Assembly (NCBI GenBank): GCA_043228905.1
Contig: JBHGNT010000013.1
Location: 16,554,001-16,618,000 of the forward strand
DNA from: Azolla caroliniana
Taxonomy: Eukaryota; Plantae; Polypodiophyta
Direction of reading: 5' to 3'
DNA: 64,000 bases
This document shows, in pieces, positions 52,738-64,000 of the stretch. The notes under the pieces were generated by a model that ran no database searches, was not told the origin of the DNA, and was given only the letters and a program-made list of their open reading frames with translations. The position numbers were made by a program, and so were the translations under genes. Within the stretch, counting starts at the first letter, position 1, and each line of letters starts with the position of its first letter.

Positions 52738-54099
52738 AGATGACGACGATGATGGATATGGTCATCATCATCGTCGTCGTCATCCTGGCTCATATACATC
52801 TACATCTACATATGTATATGTATATGTATGTATCTAGGTTTTCATATACAGCATATCAACGAACAGACAGACATGGCTACCATTCTTCCGAGAAGCTCAT
52901 ACCGCCATCGCCAACACCATCACCATCACCATCACCATCACCACCGGCCCATTCAGACAGATGAGACGGCCACCCAAGGCCCGGCCGCCCGGCCACCTAA
53001 ATGTCCGGCTGTTTGTTGCATCTCCTCATCTCGTGGGCGACTCATTTTTCTTTTCCTCTCCATGCGGCAGTTCTTCCCCGGCCCTGCGGACTTCCGCCCG
53101 CTTCGTCCTCGTCCTTTTTTTTTAACGTTTTTATAACATCAATAGTCCCCGGGACATATTTGTGCGCCATTAGAATGAGAGAAATAATGGAGGCTGCCGA
53201 TGTCTTGCATAAGTTTTCTTTTCTTTTTATAAAGCTTGTCATAGAGACATATGCTTCCATCACATGCTTCATTACCGTACATGCTTGCTTCCTCCTTCGT
53301 GTCACATGACATGTTCCCATACCACCAGAAGAAGAAAAGAGAGAGAGAGAGAGCATTGGCTTTCGTTACACATATAATCCTTTGGTGTGACAACTCGGAT
53401 GTTACCTACTAGTATGCAACCAAAATGGATCACCTACAAGCATGATATTTCATGTATGCTTGATTGCTCCACCACACAAATAATGAATTATTGAGTTATG
53501 ATAAGGCTTTTTCTTTCTTCTTTCTATCTTACTCGATACCTTGCCTTTGTAGTGTGACGTGTCCAAGTATATAAACAAAAACATGTATTATGTGCTTCAT
53601 GTCAAGGGGTTTGGCTTTCTTGTTAATTCCCCAAGGATTGGGTCTATGTCAAATGGAAATTGGTTAATTATCCTAAGATCAACCCCCACTCTTTGGGTTT
53701 TCGTACAATGTTGTGAAATCTCTATAATCATATCATAACCCAAGGATTTGTTGATGTGTCGTATCATGTATGTAACATTCGCATGGGTCATGCAAACATT
53801 GATCCATTGAGTCAAACTAGATCAATTATTTTTTGAATAAGACCCGCTTTGTTTTCGAAATAAACTATTTACTTTCAATGATTACGAAAAGGAGGAGCTT
53901 TGCAAACACAACACGCCATTCCATGACATATTGATCTCGGCCTAATCAATATATATTAATGTGTGAATTAGATGTTGTGTCCAGTGATACAATTTTGGCT
54001 TTGACATATAGAATAATATTGAAACAAATAAGTTTGATAGATATGATGTTGTCGTGAAGTTGAGGCTTTCATGATGTCAAAACAATGTTAAAAATCTAT

Positions 54100-54835
54100 A
54101 GAACAACATTTCCCATCTGGAGCTTCTATGATATTTCGGTTCGTGAATCGGAGTTATGAAGCCCAAGATACAACCTTCGGAAGGATCAATGCTACTGGGG
54201 ACACAAATGTAATTATATCAAAAGGGGGATTCAAAATTAAATAAGGGTGATTTTGTAATTTCTCGAATGTACAATTACAAAATAGAATTTGTAGAATTTA
54301 TAAATAAGGGTGGTTGGGCAGTTGACCCCCTATAAAAGCCACTCCCACGATGGCTGAAAAAGGGGAAGAGGGAGAGAGAGGAAGAAGAAGTGAGGGAAGA
54401 AGAGCAAGCGAAGGTGAAGGATGCAGATGTCGCTCAAGAAGGTGGTGGCCTGCTGAATAGAAGACGAATACTAAAGAAAATAAGGGAAAAGTAAGAAAAT
54501 AAAGAAGTTGAAGTGGTCTATCCCAAAACAACTTATTTTTGGTAAACAAGCTTTGTAACATAAAAATAGTAAATATAAAGATAAAGAAAGTTAAATCAAG
54601 TACAAAAAGGAAAGTGTTGAAGTGGTTGTTTTGATAAGCTTTACTTACAAGAGAGGAGAGGAGTTGAGTTTGAGTCTTGCCAAGTAACTTTTGGCAAATA
54701 AATATTGTAAGTGGTGTTTTACAAATAAAATTATTTTCGTGACAATGTCACATCTATCTTGTCTTCTTGCCTTCTTGTCCTCGCATCATCCGCGCGATCA
54801 TCCCCGAGTTGTAGAACCTTGACGGTTGCGACACA
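54100..54835. mobile_element. possible solo-LTR remnant
   Basis: CCCTATAAAAG TATA-like box at ~54330, then a purine-rich tract, ending in ...GGTTGCGACA(CA). No TSD or matching 5' end resolved. Confidence 0.3.
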
Positions 54836-55673
54836 CAACCACAATCTTTACGACAACGCAATTACATGCATGTGATAATAATAACACGACATCATTGTCT
54901 TGAATCCTTTATTTTACCACAAACAATGTCCATGTTTGCTTTTGTATTTCGTGGGTACCTTTACAAGGGTTCTTATGATGTTCAACCCTCCTATAGTTTC
55001 GTGTTATGTTGTTTTTTGAAGGACTATACCAAAGAACAATACCTTATTTGTATTTGTGTCAATTACAACGCCATTAAGATGGATTTACCTCTCCACGGTT
55101 TGAATGTGGCCTATTTGTTGTGCATAGACAAAACATTTATTATCCATTTTTGTATTTTTAACAATATTTTCATATCTAACCTAGAAAAGTTCCTTAACCC
55201 ATCCACATAACTGATGGATCAAACATCCACCCATCAACAACAAGCGAAGAATGTGGCACATGTTGGGATTGCTCTCGCTTGACCAACATAAGTAGAAACA
55301 AATATGATTTCAAAGGGTGGTGCCTTCGCGATCAAAGAAACAAAGTGACTGCGAGACAGACACGACGAGTAAATAAACAGGCGACAACTTTTGAACGGTC
55401 TACAAAGATCAACATAAAGGGAGTGGGAATCGTGTGCGCAACTCGATTTCAAGAGTGGTTGTGGTGCGAGTCCGTGCGAAACTTGTTCCCCCCTATTAGC
55501 GTAGTGACGGTCTAGAAGGACGGGACACTCAGATTGTCGGGTCGAAGGGAAAGTGCCAAGAGCTGCCGGGGCCACAAGGGGGCCCACATATATTTCTGGA
55601 AACTTCCGGAAACTTTAGTGTTTAGTCGGTGTAGCAGTTGGTCAATGGAAACCTTGGCAACACCTTCTCTCCT

Positions 55674-57956
55674 ATGTTGAAGTTGCAGAAATCCAATGCC
55701 TCGCATGAACGGCTGGACCTCGCATGGAAGAACCACTTCAGGGATCCTTTTCTGCATCAGACCAGCCAGGTAACTCATCGCATCCTCGTATTACCACCAT
55801 GAAATGGAGCTAGAGATTAGCGAGTATGTGTAGATGCCGCCGTCTATGTAGATATATTAGTTAATTATAGAAAGACAGAGAAAGTTCTGTTTCCATCCGT
55901 TCAGGTCAGCTCCAGCTTTCCTGGAATTGCGAACGCAATCACCTGGATCGATGGCTGGTACAATCTCTTTTGGGTTCGCCAAGAACTCCGAAGAAGAGGA
56001 GGTATGGTTGAGGACATTCCTGCACATAATAACAACACACTTGTGGCTTCACTCAAGGCTTGTGCCAAGAAGAAGAATCTTTGTGAAGGTATCAGGCTCC
56101 ATGCTCATATCCTGGAAAGGCTCAGTTTTGAAAATAACCCTTATATTGCGAGCACTTTAATCCATATGTACACTCAATGTGGGGAGCTTGATAGAGCTCG
56201 GCAAGTGCTTGAATCTCTTCCTTTCCGTGATGTAGTCTCTTGGTCAGCTTTAATTTCAGGATACTCTCGACAAGGCCTCGGTCTTGAGGCTCTCAAATAT
56301 TTCGAGCAGATGCTAAGCGAAGGTCTCTCCCCAGATGCAATCACATTCACATGCATCTTGAGAGCTTGTGGGAGCATGAAAACTATAGAAAAAGGTCTGA
56401 AAATACACGAAGAGATTGTGAGTAGGGATTTGCTCAAGAAAGATGCTATGCTCGGTGCTTCATTAGTGGATATGTATGTTAAATGTGGCGTGATTACTAG
56501 AGCACACGAGGTTCTCAAAGAGCTTCAGACAAGAAATGTAGTCTCATGGAATGCATTAATCTCTGGCTACGTCCATCATGGACAATTCTGTGAAGCACTG
56601 AATTATTTTGAAGAAATGCAACTCCAGGGCATCTCTCCAAATGCAATTACCTTCACTTGCATCTTGAAGGCATGTGGTAGCACAGGAGCTATAGGCAAAG
56701 GCAAACAAATTCACGAAGAGATAGTAGGGCAATGCTTGCTCGAGAAAGATATTGTGCTCGGGAATGCTCTTGTGGATATGTATACGAAATGTGGTGTGCT
56801 TACCAAAGCACAAAGTGTTCTTGAAGAACTTCCAAAAAGAGATATAGTTTCTTGGTCCACAGTAATTGCAGGGTATGCACAACATGGTCAACTTCATGAA
56901 GCACTAGACTGTTTTCGCAAAATGAGGAGCGAGGGACATTATCCAAATGCAATTACTTTTGTATGCCTATTGAAAGCATGTGGCTGTGCAGGTGCGATAA
57001 ACAAAGGCAAACAAATTCATGATGAAATTGTGAGTAGGCGTTTGCTTGAGAATGATGTCGTTCTCGGAAATGCTTTGGTGGATATGTATGCTAAATGTGG
57101 TATGCTTTCAAAAGCGGAGAAGGTGCTAGAAGCACTTCCTGTACGGAATGTCATCTCTTGGTCAACACTTATCATGGGACATGCCCAACACGGACAGTGT
57201 CACAAAGCAGTAAACTGTATTGAACGGATGGAGCAAGAGGGCTTGTGTCCAAATTCAATCACATTCATTTGCATCCTCAAGGCCTGTGGCAACTCAGGAG
57301 CCATAGATGAAGGCAAGCGTATTCACGAGAAGATCATTAGTAGGGAGCTGCTGGATAAGGATATCATGCTCGGCACTGCATTGGTGGATATGTATGCTAA
57401 ATGTGGTATGCTTTCAACTGCACAAACTCTGCTCGACGAGCTTCCTGTTCGAGATGTGGTTTCTTGGTCTACATTAATTGCTGGGTATGCACAGCATGGG
57501 AAAGGTTGTGAAGCATTAAAATGTTTCAACTCAATGCAAATGGAAGGTTTCTCACCTGATGAGATTATGTTTTTGTGCATGTTAAATGCATGTGGCCACT
57601 CAGGACTGATGTATGAAGCTGAAATGCTGTTTAGTAACATGCTCCAAAAATATAATGTAGCTCCTAATTTCGAGCACTATGCCTGCATGGTGCTTGTTTT
57701 TGGATGTGGGGGAAACTTTGAGAAAGCAATGTCTGTGATAACAGCAATGCCATCACGCAATCCTTGTGCAGTTTGGCTTTCATTATTAAGTACTTCTCGG
57801 AAGTGGGGAAATGTGAAGCTTGCGAGGCTGGCTTTTGATCAGGTAGTACGTCTGGATAAAAGTTGCACTGCCGCATATGCTCTTATGGCTAATACTCTCG
57901 CAGCTAATGACATGCAAGAGAATGCAGAAAAGATAGAATCTATGAGACTGGCATAA
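55674..57956 (+). CDS. PLS-class pentatricopeptide repeat protein with truncated E domain, no DYW
   Basis: Main ORF 56004-57956 with highly regular P-L-S triplets (KDIVLGNALVDMYxKCG, RxVVSWSxLIxGYAQHG, PNAITFxCILKACG). The frame is open back to acceptor 55904, and an in-phase first exon 55674-55769 (CAG/gtaact) is predicted. Confidence 0.92.
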
Positions 57957-59108
57957 GCTGCTGGGAATGGTGCATGGATCAATGTGAGTGAAAATTCATC
58001 AGTCCTTTCTAGACTATGAGAAGGTGACCTATTCCCTGAGTGTGCTCGTCAAATATTCGTCCCTTACCAAAGCTAGATAAGCTAAAGATCGTGATTTTAT
58101 TGGCTATAAACACATTTCTCAGCATGACCCAGAAATGACTTTTTTGCTTAATGGAGGATGGTTTGCTATTTGCAGCGCGAGATACAGGCAGCAGTTGAAG
58201 TCATGACTTATGGCTTACATGGTAGGGTCCTAACCACAAAGAGAGTGCCGAGAAGGGAGTTTTTTCACGAGAAAGAACATGTCCTATGATGAAACAAAAG
58301 CTCAATTGCCGTATATCGAAGTGTGAGGCTGCACATTTTGATATACGGTTTTATTGTGAAATGTTACAAAGGCGTATATCAAAGTGTGAGGCCCCAATGG
58401 TATCAAATACTTATTTGTCAATAAGTGCCACATGAAAATATTATCAAACATGGAAATATTTGCATGTGGAAGTCATTCGGAAATATTTGATTTTTGTCCC
58501 ATGCATATGGATTGACTTTGTACACTTTGGGAGGGCAGAGAAGTGGTCAAAAGATCAAACAACAGAAACATTTAATGGTTGATAGCAGCCAAAGGCAAGT
58601 GGACCTTCAGCTGCAAGAAACTTACAGCCTTGATCAAATAAAAGAGGCGTTTCAATAGCAGTAAAATATGCTTTAGTGTAAACTTGTGGCAAATCTTAAC
58701 AATATATATCTGTAAATAATGGAGATGTTGTGTGATACACATCTAGCTAGTTTAATAAAATCTAAATAAAATATTGTGATGTCCAAACATTCCTTGGCAA
58801 ACGTTTATTCTTATGAATTAAGCAATGAATTTGAGGACAAACTCCAAGTAAAATACATATGTAGGTCCAAGGATGTGTATGACATACAATATCGGAGAGG
58901 TGTGCATCTTGAAAAAGCAAGCCATCTTTGTCACTTGTATTTATGCTTAGCACATGCTCTTAAGAGTATGCGCACATATAGTTGTGAGATATCCTCATTA
59001 ATTATCATACATCTAATCCTTGTCAGTTTCATTCATAGTTGTTCCATCTAGCGGTTCATTTGTGACCTTTGCATTTACTCCACATTACTCAGCGTGGTTG
59101 TGTTCAAA

Positions 59109-59202
59109 CATTTGTTGAAACATTGCATCAACTGTCCTCCCCATATGATTGTTTGCATTTGTTGAAACATTGCATCAACCGTCCTCCCCATATGATTGTT
59201 TG
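59109..59202. repeat. tandem duplication, 2 x 47 bp
   Basis: catttgttgaaacattgcatcaac.gtcctccccatatgattgtttg twice. Confidence 0.92.
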
Positions 59203-59507
59203 TAGGAGTGTAAGGTTTCAAAGGAAACTTTGCATTCAATAACAAAGGGAATATGAAATTCAAAATGGAGACCAACTTGTTTCTTTGTTACTCCAATATG
59301 CATTTATGGACAAAGTTCGGGATCATAAGAAGTATGCTTGTCAAATTATCAAACGATATATTACTCCTCTTTGGGATTCTTCACCTACAATTCAACAACA
59401 CGGACGACTCACTCAGTTCACGAAACCTAATGCAATGGTCAGGGTTTTCAAGTATCGTTACTACTAGCGAAACACCTCACAGAGTCAAAACGATTAAAGA
59501 CTGGGAG

Positions 59508-59527
59508 GGGTTTAGGGTTTAGGGTTT
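59508..59527. promoter_or_regulatory. telo-box tract (GGGTTTA)n upstream of RPA3
   Basis: gggtttagggtttagggttt; a second tagggttagggttt lies at ~59777-59790. Confidence 0.6.
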
Positions 59528-59724
59528 CGCAAAACGATCCCCCAGGGGATGTGCTCAGGGACACTAACGCCTAGGGCGGGTTAGAGCCCGGTCGGTATCG
59601 TTCCGGTTATATAACCCACCCCCTGGAATGGGCTGCATAATCCTGCCACACTTTTGTTTACTGCTAATATATATGTATGTTACATGTACACAGTACATAT
59701 AATATATATGTCTTGGCAGAAAAA

Positions 59725-59733
59725 GGCGGGAAA
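59725..59733 (-). promoter_or_regulatory. E2F-binding site TTTCCCGCC upstream of RPA3
   Basis: GGCGGGAAA on + is a perfect plant E2F consensus, ~150 bp upstream of the ATG of a DNA replication gene. Confidence 0.7.
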
Positions 59734-59883
59734 CTACTACATTCGGAACAGAGGCCGCAGAGCTTGTGTTTCTCTCTAGGGTTAGGGTTTCGGCAAACTG
59801 CCCAGTTTTCTGCTTCCCTGTATCCGATTAGCGTCAGGGCTTTCGTTGCAGGAAGAGGAAGAGAAAGAAGAAGGGGGGACGAC

Positions 59884-61445
59884 ATGGACACCTCCAACCC
59901 TGCTCCCCTGGTGAACGCGGAGCTGCTGAAGAGGTACACAGGACGGCGCGTGCGGTGCGTGCTCAAGGTTTTGCGCGAGGAAGGGAGCTCCGCCTTCGTT
60001 GGCCACACCTCCGATGGGATGCAGCTCACTGTCAAGCACTCCTCTGGGCCATCTCCGCTAACTCAGTTTGTGGAGGTCATCGGCGTTGCAGATTCTGATC
60101 GCTCCCTCCGAGCAGATATCGTCACATGCTTCGGTAATAACTTCGGTAAGATTTCCTTTTCTTCCGTTTTTTTTTTCTTGTCTCTGTTTTGTTTTTTCTG
60201 TAGCTCTGGCCATGTCTTGTTGAGAGAGATAGTGCGTATGTTTTTTTGTTCTCGCAACTGTTCCCTGTTGACCTCTTCACCTTGCTCTTATCACCTGAAA
60301 GCTTACTGATTTTCGGCAAAGGCACAGAAAATGGGAAATCAGAAAATTGCTCAAGATTCCATAATCTATGGATATAATATGTCCACATTTCAGGTTTTGA
60401 AACTTCGTATGATTACATGCAAATTTATATGAAGGTTAGCAATTTTGCATCTTTGTTTTGGATCTTTGAAACATTGCGGCTGTTGTGTTCACCCTGTTTG
60501 TGTGGTATATCCATTGAGTGGTCAAAAAAAAATCTACTAACTTATTTGCGTTTCCTTCTCATCGATGAAAAAGTTAGGAGATTTAGAGAAAAATCTGCAA
60601 ATCTGGATAGTTTTTGTGTGGGTGTTCCAATTGGCAATTTTGTTGACGGTAGAAATGTCCATAAGAAGTATGCCTTGCTATTCTCATAGATGGTTGGGAA
60701 TCTGCAAAGCAAGTGTAGGTGGTTTCTTTGTGAAGATGTAATACATGGAAAGATGGGGTTTATGGATTCCTTGTTAGGTCAAGTAGCTCATGAGATCTAA
60801 GAGGATTTACAGTTTTGTTTTCGCCACTGTAATTGGTTCTTGTACAGAAGACATGAAGTGACCTGTGTGCAAAAAGCTGCATGAGCTCAGGGGGATAGAG
60901 GATATAGCATACTGAGACATAGCTTATTGTCGCAGCATTCATAGGTTGGATTTGTGGATTTTTGTTAATTCTTTTGTATTGTTAATTTGCATTTCTTTCC
61001 GTTTTTTTTCATTCCCTCTGCTGTTGTATGCATCAGCCATATGATAATTATCACTTGATTAAGGCATCCAAACATCTGTATTGCATGTGAAGAGGATGGG
61101 GGTTTGAAACTGTTTATCCACATTACAGCTGCCCATTCTTTTTTGGGGGTGGGATTATCTAACTTATGAACCATATATTTTGAGCTCTTTTAGATATTAC
61201 AAACAAATAGCTACTCTCAATAGTCAGTAAACATTGATCTGACATGGCATGAATGGTAGACTGCAGTGATAGAGCATTCACATTCTTTCTCCAAGGAAGT
61301 CTATTTTTGTTTCCTTTTGTATACACTCAGCATCATTCAATATTTAGCAGAGTTCTAAAATTACCCCTCATTTTTTGCAGATATGACCTCTTTGAACCAA
61401 CTTGTTCAGATGGCCAATGCTGAATATCAACCCCTCTTTATATAG
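59884..61445 (+). CDS. RPA3: replication protein A 14-kDa subunit; 2 exons
   Basis: Exons 59884-60145 and 61381-61445 give MDTSNPAPLVNAELLKRYTGRRVR...TQFVEVIGVAD...FGNNFDMTSLNQLVQMANAEYQPLFI. Confidence 0.95.
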
Positions 61446-61774
61446 CAAGCAAAGGAAGAATCCAACTTTACTGAATGATCATAACTAGACTCAAAAACAA
61501 ATTGATGAATTTCAATCCTGTCATTTTTGGGGAGAATATTTGTTCTATTTAATCGAGTGATTGTTCACAAGGGTTTTAAAACACACGATTCTTATTTTTC
61601 TCCTTTGACTCGGCACCTTTTATCTATACACTATGGGCTACTATTTCTTCACAATTATGTATTCTAAACACTTTGGGTATGCTGGAGGATCATGCTGGTG
61701 TCAAATATATGCCACAGGCATCGCATAATATGATAGCATCCATTATGAATTAAAAAGGAAATCCATCTAGAATC

Positions 61775-62116
61775 TCCAGCTTTAGTGCTTGTTTCCACCT
61801 GTGATAGATACATCACAGATATGCTGTTGCTTCTATGTTACATGTCTCACACCATTATTTTTCTAATGACAGCACTGCGATTCAATTGATCCGATCCCTC
61901 ATACATTTGGAAATATGGCAACCCTTTCTCTACCACCACAAAATTCTTCCAGCTTTAGTGCTTGTTTCCACCTGTGATAGATACATCACAAATATGCTGT
62001 TGCTTAAATGTTACATGCCTTGCACCATTAATTTTTTTAATGATAGCACTGATTCAATCAATCGTTCATACATATTGAAATATGGCAACCCTTTCTTGAC
62101 CACCGCAAAATTCTTC
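61775..62116. repeat. tandem duplication, 2 x ~173 bp between convergent RPA3 and SRC2 3' ends
   Basis: tccagctttagtgcttgtttccacctgtgatagatacatcaca... at 61775 and 61948. Confidence 0.9.
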
Positions 62117-62593
62117 GACCTCTGGATCAGAGAAAATACTAAACATTCTTCATACCTTAGTCATCTTGCCATTTATGCAGTAGTGTAAATGCGTATTGAG
62201 ATGCCTTCTCATGGGGGTAAAATGACACACAAGACAAATTTGTGATGTGAAATATTACTACTGTTTATGTGATTCTGTTAACGCTGACACCTCTGATCTT
62301 ACAATGGGCCTCTACTGGGGCAGCATCTAGAAGATGGTTAATTATTCTTGTTATCAGTAAAAGTTTTACTTGGAGAAGCATTAGATCTAATATCTCAAAG
62401 AGGCATGTTCTGCATTATCTATAAAAACTTGCAATGCAAGCGAGAAAAAGACACAGATGTAAACAGGAAGACAAAAATACATAACCAAAATATTCAGGAG
62501 TAAGAAGAAGGCATCTTCAGTTACAGAGTACCAATAACCATAACAACGAGATTCCTTATTTGACAGCAGCAATACTAGAGCTCTCAAGCAAGC

Positions 62594-63526
62594 TTAGAAA
62601 TCATCACCACCATCATAACTATAGTCATCTTGGCCAGAGTAGCGCAGTGCATCCTCTTCAGCTTGCTCCTCAGCAGCTTCATTCTCCTCATGGTCAACAT
62701 AAGCATCGAGAGCAAGGGCACCTACACCACCGGCAACGGCACCGACTGCGAGGCCAGTTGCGAGGCCGCCAAATTTGCTACCTTTGCTAGGAGGAGGATC
62801 CTGGGAGTAGTAGCCAGATGGAGGGGGAGCTCCATATGATGTAGAACTTGCATTGTAAGGAGGTTGTTGGCCATAGCCATACTGAGGGGGTTGTTGGCCA
62901 TAGCCATATTGAGGGGGCTGTTGGCCATAGCCATATTGAGGGGGCTGTTGGCCATAGCCATAGCTAAGAGGTTGTGCAGGATATGCGTAACCTGGTTGGA
63001 CATAGGATTGAGGTGGGGGATAATCCTGAGGAGGGTAACCCTGGTATGCTCGGCTCGACTCATCACCTGATTTATATGCGGGAGGGGGCGGTGCCGCCGC
63101 CGCATACCGCTTCTCTCTAAGCCGAACAGAGAATTCGACCTTGCCATGTGGCCGTCCTGATGGTCGCTTCAGTTTCAGGCTGTAATCTAGGGTTTCCTCG
63201 AAGCCACCTGCGTCCACTACCTCCATCAAGGGCACAGAAACCGAACCCACCTTGGCCTTCTCGGGTTTCAAGGGATTCTCAGGCTTCTCATGGTAGATGG
63301 CCACCACGAGGCGGGCATCCTGCAGTTGGGATTTATTGACTGGGATGGTGAGCTTCTCCTCCCACTTGGGGTCGGTGTCGCCGGATGAATCCACACGCGT
63401 CGACACCTTGGTTTGGTCATTGTCGTCGATCCAAGCCACAGCATAAGCGCAGAGCTCGCCGACCTTCCAGTTCACGTTCTTGAGGTCACGGGCAGAGTGG
63501 AAGGTGATGTCCAGATCTGAGGCCAT
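62594..63526 (-). CDS. SRC2: SRC2-like C2-domain protein with Pro/Tyr/Gly-rich tail
   Basis: 310-aa single exon: SARDLKNVNW...AYAVAWID...STRVD..GDTDPKWEEKL, LKRPSGRPHGKV, YGYGQQPPQ repeats, GLATGLAVGAVAGGVGALAL and acidic C-terminus. Confidence 0.92.
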   Translation of the reverse strand: MASDLDITFHSARDLKNVNWKVGELCAYAVAWIDDNDQTKVSTRVDSSGDTDPKWEEKLTIPVNKSQLQDARLVVAIYHEKPENPLKPEKAKVGSVSVPLMEVVDAGGFEETLDYSLKLKRPSGRPHGKVEFSVRLREKRYAAAAPPPPAYKSGDESSRAYQGYPPQDYPPPQSYVQPGYAYPAQPLSYGYGQQPPQYGYGQQPPQYGYGQQPPQYGYGQQPPYNASSTSYGAPPPSGYYSQDPPPSKGSKFGGLATGLAVGAVAGGVGALALDAYVDHEENEAAEEQAEEDALRYSGQDDYSYDGGDDF

Positions 63527-63618
63527 TGCGGGAGCTGGAGGTTTGGGCAGGGGCAGGATGAGACCGGAATATCAAGGGAAGGGGGAGGGGGGGGGGGGGG
63601 GGGGTAATGAGGTAGATC

Positions 63619-63659
63619 AGGGTTTAGGGTTTAGGGTTTAGGATTTAGGGTTAGGGTTT
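63619..63659. promoter_or_regulatory. degenerate (TTTAGGG)5-6 telo-box tract in the SRC2 leader
   Basis: agggtttagggtttagggtttaggatttagggttagggttt about 95-135 bp upstream of the ATG. Confidence 0.7.
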
Positions 63660-63964
63660 CAGGTGGTTTAGATATGGAGGAGATGAGCTTCTTTGCTTAT
63701 GAGGGAGGGAGATGAGGGGATGCGCGTTCAGTGCGCGTGAAGGGAAGAATATATGCAGGGGAAGATCAGGTCCAAATGCGTCGTCTCGGATTGATGGGTC
63801 CTACCACTCACTCACTCTGTCTCTCTGTTTCTCTGTTTCTCTCTCACACACAGTTTCCATTCCATTCCCTTTCTTTCTTTCTTTCTTTCTTTTTTCTCTG
63901 TCTCTTTTCCTTGCCTTGACCCTCAAGTTGAGTAAAATGGATGGCCATGTCTTATCTTACCTTC

Positions 63965-63998
<34 letters not shown>

Positions 63999-64000
63999 AA

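Noticed and set aside
55547-55562. GGAAAGTGCCA, similar to a bacterial RNase P RNA motif
   Set aside because: Isolated 11-mer with no P4 helix motifs nearby.
59505-59700. Telomerase RNA (CCCTAAA template on the minus strand)
   Set aside because: No USE (TCCCACATCG-like) element upstream, and the repeat is better explained as a promoter telo-box like those at 961, 32548 and 63619.
60883-60918. miR390-like GAGCTCAGG-GGGATAG in the RPA3 intron
   Set aside because: One deletion, divergent 3' end and no proper fold-back.

Overview
Eukaryotic, gene-dense land-plant nuclear DNA. The PPR motif style and short GT-AG introns suggest a fern or other non-seed plant (inference only). I can reconstruct 12 protein-coding genes by hand from the ORF track plus splice sites: a PMT20/21-type SAM methyltransferase (+), mTERF (-), plastid LPAT1 (-), plastid pyruvate kinase beta (-), a PLS-E PPR (+), mitochondrial succinate-fumarate carrier (-), mitoribosomal mL43 (+), RING-CH E3 ligase (+), a long coiled-coil protein (+), a second PLS-E PPR (+), RPA3 (+) and an SRC2-like C2 protein (-). 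Intergenic DNA holds many short tandem duplications, microsatellites and decayed TE-like stretches. I found no rRNA, tRNA or CRISPR and no clearly novel multi-gene system. The best leads are regulatory: strand-consistent poly-C tracts upstream of six genes, a triplicated 3' splice acceptor in the SFC1 leader, spliced uORFs ending just before the mTERF and PPR starts, a structured GC island upstream of RPA3, and a dispersed repeat that ends in a splice donor inside the SFC1 intron. Exon coordinates are manual and not checked against transcripts.
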